Origin: Octopus vulgaris
Lineage: Eukaryota
NCBI GenBank assembly: GCA_951406725.2
Contig: OX597818.1
Coordinates: 109,554,001 to 109,618,000, forward strand
DNA length: 64,000 nucleotides
Direction: 5' to 3'
The notes under the pieces were generated by a model, which did no database searches, was not told the DNA's origin, and saw nothing but the letters and a program-made list of their open reading frames with translations. Positions 35,085 through 45,600 of the stretch are shown here, one piece after another. Position 1 is the first letter of the stretch; each line of letters begins with the position of its first letter. The translations under genes were made by a program, and so were the position numbers.

Positions 35085-36165
35085 TTTAGTACTCCCTATG
35101 GCTGATAGTGACTCAGCTATTAGAGCAAGGTCATCAGCATTGAGAAGCTCCCAAGGGCATCCTCTCTTGAATTCCTCTGTTATTGCCTGGAGGACTTTGA
35201 TGAATAAGAGGGGATCAAGGACTGATCCTTGGTGAACCCCTACTTCTACCCAGAATTCTTCACTATACTCATTGCCAACCCTCACCTTACTGACAGCATC
35301 CCTGTCTATCCCTAGTTTCTGCATTGACCACCAGGTAAGGGATCGGGGGGACCCTGTCAAAAGCTTTCTCTGTGTCAACAAAAGCCAAGTACAGAGGTTT
35401 ATCTTTGGCTAGGTATTTCTTCTCACATAGTTTGCAATCCAAAATATTTCAGTTCTTTGGTCCTCACATTGCTGATCATTAGCAAACTTCTCCTTTTCTG
35501 CCTCTCCCTTGGCTATATACACTGTGTCCCCTAGCTTCCCTTTTGGCTATCTGATACAGTTCCTTGCTACCCCAACTCTTCCAGTCTTTCTAGGCAGTTG
35601 ACTATGGTGCTGCTACAGTAGTCATTGGGTATGACTCCTTCGTGAACTACCTGATTTATGATACAGGTGACTATACCATAACCCACACCACCAGATATTG
35701 TAAGCATTTCAGCAGTAATTCCTGATGGGCCAGGGGCTTTCCTTGTCTTCATATCCTTAATTGCTTTAACTACCAGGGTACTGTTGATTCAGGTAGCTGG
35801 TCCCTCAGTTGGGTCAACCTTTGGCAGACTCTTCTCCTCCCATTCATTCTCCACATTCAGCAATCTGTCATAATGGCTTCTCCAAGCCTCTTCCTTTGCA
35901 GAATCATTAAATGATGATGATGATGATAACTCTTTTATGTAAATTTTTACCTGAGGTTAATTGAATTCAATAATTTTCTTTTACTGTTGTATTGATTGAT
36001 CTTCTTTAAAGTTTGTTGTGAAATTCTTTTGTCCCTGCCTTATTGAGCTATATACACTGTGTCCCCTAGCTTCCCTTTTGGCTATCTGATACAGTTCCTT
36101 GCTACCCCAACTCTTCCAGTCTTTCTAGGCCTGTTTCTTTGCTCTGATGGCCCTATCTACAATAT
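35085..36165 (-). mobile_element. Rearranged RTE LINE fragments (reverse transcriptase region)
   Basis: VGVHQGSVLDPLLF, ADDLALIA and MKTRKAPGPSGITAEM motifs; segments are out of order. Confidence 0.85.
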
Positions 36166-36589
36166 TTCAATAAATATTTTTTAAGGTATCATTTAAATCT
36201 TTGGCACCTGTGCCGGTGGCATGTGTAAAAAGATTCGAGTGAGGTCATTGCCAGTACCACGTGACTGGCCCCTGTGTCGGTGGCACGTAAAAAGCACCCA
36301 CTACACTCACGGAGTGGTTGGTGTTAGGAAGGGCATCCAGCCGTAGAAACTCTGCCAGATCAAGATTGGAGCCTAGTGCAGCCATCTGGTTCGCCAGCCC
36401 TTAGTCAAAATCATCCAACCCATGCTAGCATGGAAAGCAGACGTTAAGCGATGATGATGATGATGATAACTCTTTTATGTAAATTTTTACCTGAGGTTAA
36501 TTGAATTCAATAATTTTCTTTTACTGTTGTATTGATTGATCTTCTTTAAAGTTTGTTGTGAAATTCTTTTGTCCCTGCCTTATTGAGCT

Positions 36590-37010
36590 GACTAATCCAA
36601 GTTTGAGAAGTCTCTTTCATTCAGTCAAGAAGCCACTGCCATCTCAGTCTATGTGTGGAAAATATGTTCATTTGCTTCATGCAAACATGGTTGAAAATTG
36701 CAAGAGTTGCCTGGCTGATCAAAATGTAGTTTTAGTGGTTGATAGTTCCAAGAGAGAATTTTCTCCTACTATTGTCTGATGCTGCTCGGTATATGGTAGC
36801 GGCTGGAGAATCATTGCAAGTTATGTACCCTAAGCTCTTCCTTGTAACCTGCTTCTCCCACCTACTGCACAACAGGGCTCTAAAAATAAAGGCTTTCTAT
36901 TCAGCAGACGATTGTCTGATTGCCAATGTCAAGGCTGCCACTGTAAAAGGCAGACATTGTGACCAGGTGGGGCAGCTGGTTGGATGCCTGGGATTACTTG
37001 CAGTGAGCTT
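36590..37010 (+). mobile_element. Degenerate hAT-like transposase fragment
   Basis: LLLSDAARYMVAAG...YPKLFLVTCFSHLLH contains the D..CxxH motif of hAT-type transposases. Confidence 0.6.
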
Positions 37011-37061
37011 TGAGGACAAAAGCATTTTGGGTTAGGGTTATGTGTGTGTATATATATATAT

Positions 37062-37675
37062 ATAATGCCCTCTATATAATATAAATAAATAAATTCAAGT
37101 GGAAAAAATTTACAGATTATTTTCTCTTATGAGGTTTTTCATGCTAACTACTTGATAATTTCTTATGAAGATTTTATCCTATTTTTAAATTATAAATTTC
37201 GCTGGAATAATTCAATACTGAATTTTTATTCTGAATAAGCACATTGTTACCGAAATGCAATTTGAAAAAGCCCGCCATTTACATAGATGTATAAGGGGTG
37301 AACAGTTCTATATGCTACGGTGGATATGATGGTTGTTCGTCTGGTATGTTGATTTTGTTCATTCATTATAAATCTTGAATCACGCTGTCACTGATGAGTA
37401 AGGGACGCAGCCACTGCGTTGATTACGAAATCACTGGTGATCTACAGCTAAATTCTGTTTTTAAATGACTTGCATTCGGTACGATATGTTTATTTTGGTA
37501 GTTTTGACTTTAAGAGTCCCTCCTAGCGTGCGGCATTTATGTGTAATAATGCCCTCTATATAATATAAATAAATATATTCAAGTGGAAAAAATTTACAAA
37601 TTTTTTTCTCTTATGAGGTTTTTCACGCTAACTACTTGATAATTTCTTATGAAGATTTTATCCTATTTTAAAATT
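37062..37675 (+). mobile_element. Hammerhead-containing partial-tandem element (retrozyme / Penelope pseudo-LTR like)
   Basis: 130-bp direct repeats at 37062-37191 and 37546-37675 (period 484) around an intact hammerhead. Confidence 0.7.
37384..37448 (+). ncRNA. Type I hammerhead ribozyme with intact core
   Basis: gctgt(c)a-CTGATGA-gtaa[acgcag cca ctgcgt]ttac-GAAA-tcac-tg-gtga-TC-tacagc; all core nucleotides present; AUC cleavage triplet ends at 37442. Confidence 0.85.
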
Positions 37676-38145
37676 CAGCCTCGCCTGGCCCCCGTGCCGT
37701 TGGCACGTAAAAGCACCATCCACTTGTGTCCGTTGCCAGCCTCGCCCGGCCCCCGTGCCGGTAGCATGTAAAAGCACCATCCGTTCGTGTCCGTTGCCAG
37801 CCTCGCCTGACCCCCGTGCCAGTGGCACGTAAAAACACCATCCGTTCGTGGCCGTTTGCCTGCTCTGTCTGGCACCTGTGCAGGTGGCACGTAAAAAGCA
37901 CTCACTACACTCACGGAGTGGTTGGCGTTAGGAAGGGCATCCAGCCGTAGAAACACTGCCAAATCTGACTGGGCCTGATGAAGCCTTCCGGCTTCACAGT
38001 CCCCAGTTAAACCGTTCAACCCATGCTAGCATGGAAAACGGACGCTAAATGATGATGATGATGATATATATATATATAATAATTTTCTGCGTAATAAGAT
38101 AAAATACCAAGGCTGTGTAGATATTAGAGCTTTTATAGATAGATA

Positions 38146-38200
38146 GGTCTTACAGCTATTTCTAGGATATTAATTAATAATATCCCTTCATTGGAGACGG
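38146..38200 (-). ncRNA. Degenerate minimal hammerhead motif
   Basis: Minus strand: gtct-CCAATGA-agggatatt...aatatccta-GAAAT-agct-GTA-agac; core mutated. Confidence 0.45.
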
Positions 38201-40182
38201 TGCACTTATTCAGCATTACCTTACACCTTTGGTCCTCAATGGCACCATTATCTCTTATATATGAATGAAAGAAGATGTGAAATCATGAGATCAGGATAAA
38301 CCTTACCCAAATCTGTTCAAACTACTAAAAAACTTGATTTTGAAAGTTGAGTCAGCAGCCTTCACCATCTTCAGTGCTTACAAAAGCCTTAAAGAATTGA
38401 AAGTCAACAAAGACCTATGTGTTGCAGCATGAATAATATTAATTTCGGATTCAATTAAAACCAAATCAATTTGATAATTCAGCTAATGAACTGCAGAGAT
38501 TCACCTGTGGAATATGTAAATCTGATACAATGTCAAGCAACATCATTTACAGTCGAATGCATTTTTTCAATGCTGAAAAATTCCTTGCAAAGACAGGAAT
38601 TTTAAGGCATTATATAAAACAAAAAAAAACATCCACTTCCCTCTCAGAGTGGCTGGCATTAGGAAGGGCATCCAGCTGTAGAAATATTGCCAAATCTGAT
38701 GAGAACCAGGGGCAGCCCCCTGGCTTACCAATTTTCAGTCAAACAATCCAACCCATACCTGCATGGAAAGCAGATGTTAAATGATAATGATGATGATGAT
38801 ATATTGTGCTATAATAAATTTCCACAATAACCATTTTTAAAAAAAATTGTTTTGATAATAATCGTTATATTTTAAAGTAATCAAAACTCTAGAGAACTCC
38901 ATAATGTTTATGGATTTATTAATTAAGGTTAAAAAAAGTTGCCCTACAAATTCCCTTTTTTGTCCTTGCTGACATCTTACTAATTAGTTTCTCACCTTCA
39001 CTCATTCTTCTCACTAAGTGACCAAACATGATACATTATCATCATGATCATCGTTTAATGTCCGCTTTCCATGCTGGCATGGGTTGGATGGTTTGACTGA
39101 GGGCTTGTAAGCTGGGAGGCTGCACCAGGCTCCAATCTGATCTGGTAAAGTTTCTACAGCTGGATGCCTTTCCCAATGCCGACCACTCTGAGAGTGTAGT
39201 GGGTGCTTTTTACATGCCACCGGCATGGGAACCAATCAGGGGGCACTGACATTGACCACGTTCAGATGGTGCTTTTTACATGCCACCAGCACAGGTGCCA
39301 ATCAGGTGGTACTGTCATCAGCCATGACAACAACTTCACTTTCCTCAACAGGTCTTCAGAAGTGCAGTTTTATTGCCCACAATCTTCATATTTCACCCCT
39401 TTTCCCTTTCACACATTTCGAAGGTCACCTGTTTCTATTTTACTCAGTTTGTTTAATATATTTCTTTATGAATGTCTTTCACAATTAAGAAAGCCTTAAA
39501 TTTTTGGCATTTATTCTTTTACTTGTTTCAGTCATTTGACTGCGGCCAGGCAGGAGCACCACCTTTAGTCGAAGAAATCAACACTAGGACTTATTCTTTG
39601 TAAGCCTAGTAGTTATTCTATTGATCTCTTTTGCTGAACCGCTAAGTTACGGGGACGTAAACACACCGACATCAATTGTCAAGTGATAGTGATGGGACAA
39701 ACATAGAAGCACAAACATATACATATACGATGGGCTTCTTTCAGTTTCTGTCTACCAAATCCACTCACAAGGCTTTGGTTGGCCTGTGGCTACAGTAGAA
39801 GAAACTTGCTCAATGTGCCAGGCAGTGGGATTGAACCTGGAACCATGTGGTTGTGAAGCAAGCTTCTTACCACACAGCCATGCTCACATATATATATATC
39901 CCTCTCTCTCGGTGAGGCACAAGCACCTACACACACATATATACATGTGGCAGTAACTTCCGCCGACCAAATTCAATCACAAAGCTTTGGTCGGCCCGGG
40001 GCTATAGCAGAAGACACTTGCCCAAGGTGCCATGCAGTGGGACAGAACCTGAAACCAGGTAGCTGGGAAGCAAGCTTTCTAACCACACAGCCTTCAACCC
40101 ATGCCAGCATGGAAAGCAAACATTAAATATGATGTATATATATATATACCTGGTTGTTCATGGAGTGAAAAAGACTGAGGTG

Positions 40183-40780
40183 TGTTGAAGCAAGCAGGGG
40201 ATGACATGGTTTAAAGCTCTTTAGCTGAAAAGTCATCCAATGATCCATTTGGTCCCTGTGACATCCCAACACTTTTGTAGCAGATTCAAAACTGAATTGC
40301 TGGATAGCTGAGTAAATAGAATGGCAAAGCCAGTCATTTCATGTGATTGGCCAATTAACTAACCAATCAGTGTTAAGCCATCGCGTAATTTGTCTTTCTA
40401 GAACTTTCCCATTATATAAAGGTGGTTTCTGGCGGCAGTTCCAGAATGTGAGGCAGCTACTCCCAGAATGTTGAGGCAGCTGCTCAATGTCTCCGTTCCT
40501 TTGGCAGTTTAGAAGACACAGATTCTGGTGTCATGAATATAATGCAATTATTTTCCATTTGTGATGAGTCAGCCATAGATTGTTACATTCCAGTTAAATT
40601 GTTGTAGATCCCATTAATATGTCTCTCCCTGTGTGTATAAATTGTTGCAGTAATTTTACATTGAAAGACCAACACAGAAAACACCATGTGCAGCAAATAA
40701 AACTTGTCAATTGTTTGTGAGTGTTGGTAATTATTTTCACACAGTCCTAGAAAGACATTTTCATTCTCAACCAATATCAA
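40183..40780 (+). mobile_element. Solo-LTR-like dispersed repeat (second diverged copy at about 50628-51190)
   Basis: Shared blocks tttcatgtgattgg, ttctagaactttc, tgcaattatttt, agattg, aaagaccaacaca; CCAAT and TATA-like motifs. Confidence 0.4.
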
Positions 40781-41012
40781 GGACCCAATGACATCTAACT
40801 CTTTTACTCTCTCTTTAACTTGTTTCAGTCATTTGACTGCGGCCATGCTGGAGCACCGCCTTTAGTCGAGCAAATCGACCCCGGGACTTATTCTTTGTAA
40901 GCCTAGTACTTATTCTATCGGTCTCTTTTTGCCGAACCGCTAAGTGACGGGGACGTAAACACACCAGCATCGGTTGTCAAGCAATGCTAGGGGGACAAAC
41001 ACAGACAAACAA

Positions 41013-41045
<33 letters not shown>

Positions 41046-41297
41046 CATATATACGACAGGCTTCTTTTCAGTTTCCGCCTACCAAATCCACTCACAAGGC
41101 ACTCGTCGGCCCGGGGCTATAGCAGAAGACACTTGCCCAAGATGCCATGCAGTGGAACTGAACCCGGAATCATGTGGTTGGTTAGCAAGCTACTTACCAC
41201 ACAGCCACTCCTGCGCCTAAGGACTCTAAGGACACTTTTAGTAACAAAATATTTTATTATTTTGCTATGGACTACAGAATTAGATTTAAAGTTTTCT

Positions 41298-41551
41298 TTA
41301 TTTTTGTAAATGAAGTTTAGATTCAAGCAAAGCAAGTTCTCCATATTCAGGACATTTCAAACCAAAATGTATAGCAAATAAACTTTTCGCTCGGTTGATA
41401 GTTTTTAAAGCTTTTTTCCTTTCTCCAGCTATGTAGAGCAGTTCACAGAATTTCTGGAGTTCTCGTGCCAGTTCCAGGCTACCACTGCCATAACAGTCTT
41501 CAGTAATTGTCAAACTGGATTCTAAAACTTTGCAAGCTTCTTTGTATTTAC
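41298..41551 (-). CDS. SMYD4: SMYD4 exon 17 (GKYKEACK...YGSGSLELARELQKF...LQK*)
   Basis: tttcag| acceptor; TAA stop. Confidence 0.92.
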
Positions 41552-42592
41552 CTGAAAATAGAAAAATATCTTAGTTTAAAGACGCAAGCATCATCATCAT
41601 CGTTTAACGTCCGCTTTCCATGCTAGCATGGAATTTGACTGAGGGCTGGCGAATCAGATGGCCGCAATAGGCTCCAATCTTGATCTGGCAGAGTTTCTAC
41701 AGCTGGATGCCCTTCCTAACGCCAACCACCCCGAGAGTGTAGTGGGTGCTTTCAGAGTGGTTGGCGTTAGGAAGGGCAATATTGGAAAAACTGTTACAGG
41801 TGTTGCTCAAAAATGCGAAAGTGGATGGGAAAGAATTATTGTCAAATACTGATGTTGCCACCCTGTGTATTAGAATAGGTTAGTTGCAGCATCCCTGCAT
41901 ATCTCATAAGAAGTTGGTGACTGGAAGAGCATCCAGCTATGAGACACTGCTTCTTGCAATGGAAATCACCAATCTCCCTGCGATATTTGCATCGGAAAGA
42001 AGACATAAAAAAAATGATGACTTTGTTATTATGATTTGTTGTTTCTAAGCCTCAAGTATATTCTTCAAAAACTTTATTATTACATCGATATCTATTGCTC
42101 CCGAATGGGATCTGATGTGAGTTATCTCACTTGTCTATGACTTCCAGGTGTTTTAACACCAAGCACATTGATGAGAATGCATTCTCTTATGCCCATAAGC
42201 ACAGCCTAACCATGAACTAGCAAAATACATACCTTGTGTATGTATATTCAGTATTGTTTATATCTTTCAAGCTGCTTTTTTTAAACTCATATTTGAACTC
42301 ATTATTATCATTATTAAGGTGGCAAGTTGGCAGTATTGTTAGTATGCTGAACAAAATGTTTAGCATTATTTTGCCTATTGCTATGTTCTGAGTACAAATT
42401 CCACTGAGGTCAGCTTTGCCTTTCAGGGTCAATAAATTATGGACCAGTGGAACACGGGGGGGGGGGGGGGTAATCAACTTACCCCACCCACAAATTTCAA
42501 GCCGTCTGCCTTCTGTAGAAAGGATTACTACTACTACTGAGTGTGTCAGTAATGTGTGTTATCTAGCAATATATACATCTAAATATATGTAC

Positions 42593-42670
<78 letters not shown>

Positions 42671-45600
42671 CAAAGTGAAGTTGTAAGGTACCGCATGAGT
42701 GGAAATATATATGAAAGAAGGTTTGAAAATGCAATTTTAAAGATGTTTATTCACTTGACCGGTTTCCCTTTTTTTAGAAAAAGATTGTCAAAAGTAAAAT
42801 GTAAAGCTTTGTATAAGCTTTGTTGTGTTAAGTACTGGTTGTCACAAAAGTATTAAAATACATATATACATTCTTTGATAATAATAAGAAAATGTTAAAA
42901 ACAGTTTACAAGAAAGTATCTAAGAAAATATTCAACAAAATATATTAAGAGTTCAATAAAAATCATGTTTGTTTGGTAGTATTTATATACACAGAAGGAG
43001 ATATATTTAAGAGTTTACAAAGAATTTGAGATGAACCAACCTGTTTTCTTAGCATTTTTTATTTTGTGTGTAGCTAAGGGTTGTTTGCTATTTTAAGGGA
43101 CAGTTTCTTTCTTAGACTGACATTGTAAATAAATAAATAAAACCAATACTAACCAAGAGAAGCCAAACATCGAGCAATGCAATCCTGTATTTCACCGTAA
43201 TCCTTAGTGTGGTGTGCAAGTAGTCTCTTGCGTAGATCAGCGCAGAGACGGAATGTAGCGAGGGCATCTGAGGAATAGAGATATTGTTGTTAGAGACTGT
43301 TTGAGGCAAGCAATTAGACTTTGCAGACAATTGTGGGATTGCAGGTATTGGGATGCTATGATAAAGTCGGTGAGAATTTAAACAGAGTAAAACATATAAA
43401 TATATAACCATTGTGTACGTGAAAATATCTGTGTATACGAAAGCACGTGCACATACACACAAATATATAAACACATACATTTAAATACACACATATATTA
43501 AACGGTGGTGCATCAGCATGGCCGCAGCTCTGAGCTGAAACTAGAAAAAAAAATATATATATATATATTAATACACATATACATGATGGGTTTTTCATAG
43601 TTTCCATCTACTGGAAACGCCATGAAGTGAGGATCATAGTGAGGGATTTCATCAGGTCATCACAACTATGGAAAGAAGATACCAAGGACGATGGGATACT
43701 GCTTTGATGGGAGATTATAAATGGTCTCTAGTCAGAAGAGATGAAGATATACACTCCAGAAAATCTCGATCGTCAAAGCACTTCTCATCTTAGGAAAAGA
43801 GTTATCAAGGCATTTACAGTGCAGAGTTTTATTGCTTCTTTTTGTTCTAACTAATATTATACGTCCTAAATACCTTTCAATTTATGAAAAAGTACTAAAT
43901 GTTGTGTAATTATCCTTACAATACTAGAATAGATTGAACCAACAAAGTGCTGTAGAGAAAAGTTACAAATATAACAAGCAAATATGAAATTAGGAATTGA
44001 TTCATTTGACTAAAAATTCTTCAATGTGGTGCCCCAGCATGGCCACGGTCTAATGACTGAAACAAGAGACAAAAGATAAAAGATCTACCTTCAATATTAT
44101 TTGATTCCAGTAAAGTCAGAGCCTTCTTGAAGTTATTTGCTTCACCAAGTAAAGCTGACTTTGTGTGCTCCTTGGCATTTTCACATGGTAACTGCGAGAA
44201 ACATTGATAGCAGTCTTCGTCCTGGAGAGTCAAGATATCAAAAAATTATTTCAATGAGTCAAGAGTCAAGTACATCAATATCAAAATAAATATCAAATGG
44301 AAATTGTAGTTGTGATACCTGTGCCGGTGGCACATAAAAAGTACCATCCAAACGTGATCAATGCCAGTACCACCTTGACTGGCTTCTGTGTCGGTGCCAT
44401 GTAAAAAGTACCAACCGATCGTGGCTGTTGCCAACCTCGCCTGGCACCTGTACCGGTGGCATGTAAAAAAACACCCACCACACTCACAGAGTTTGGCGTT
44501 AGGAAGGGCATCCAGCTGTAGAAACACTGCCAGATCAGACTGGAGCCTGGTGCAGCCTCCTGGCTTCCCAGACTCCAGTCGAACCATTCAACCCATGCTA
44601 GCATGGAAAATGGACGTTAAACAATGATGATGATGATGATATATATATTTATAAATATTTCTTTTTTTTAAATTTATATGTTTTGGTCATTAGACTGTGG
44701 CCATGTTGGAGCACTACTTTGTGAAAAATTTTAGTCGCATGAATCAACCGCAGTACTCATTTTTAAAAATCCTGCTGTTTATTCTGTCGAACTGCAAGGT
44801 TGTGGGAATGCAAATGCACCATGACTGGTTGTCAAGTGCTGGTGGGTGATAAACACAGACACAAAGACACACAAGTTGGGCTTCTTTCAGTTCCATCTAT
44901 CAGATCCACTCACAAGGTTTTGGTCAGCCTGAGGCTATAGGAGAAGACACTTGTCCAAAGTGCCATGCAGTGGGACTGAACCCGGAATGGTGGTGGTGGA
45001 GGTGAGAGTAATGAAAAAAAACAAAGATTATGAAAGAATTAGCGGTGGTGATGGTGGTGGTGGTGGTATTAGTAGAGGTGATGGTAGTGGTGGTAGATGG
45101 TGGGAGTGGTAATAACCATAACATACCGAAGCTGATGGTCTGTGGGAACCTTCCAGGATGCAGGCTTCACATTGACATTTAAAGAAATATTGATCCCTCA
45201 GAATCTGTTGACGTTCCGCAAAATCCATTCTGAAGCTGTGGGGCCCTGCAATGAGAAAGGAAATGATTGATTGGTGAATGCCTGAACTGTTCCAAAGTAA
45301 TGACAAAACTGTGCCAAAGATGATGTCTGAAGTGTTTCATAAGCTATGTTAGAGCTATTCCAAAGTCTTGTCTTAAATGTGTCAAATTCTTTTCTATTTG
45401 AGGCACAAGGCCCGAAATTTTCGGGGAGGGAGCCAGTCGATTAGATTTACCCCAGTATGCAACTGGTACTTAATTTATCAACCCCAAAAGGATTAAAGGC
45501 CAAGTCAACCTTGGTGGTCTTTGAACTCAGAACATAGCAGCAGACAAAATACCACTAAGCATTTGACCCAGCTTGCTAATGATTCTGCCAGCTAACCACC

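Noticed and set aside
43268-43357. Alternative upstream acceptor extending SMYD4 exon 16
   Set aside because: The incoming frame hits a TGA; the cctcag acceptor at 43267 gives the conserved TPR sequence.
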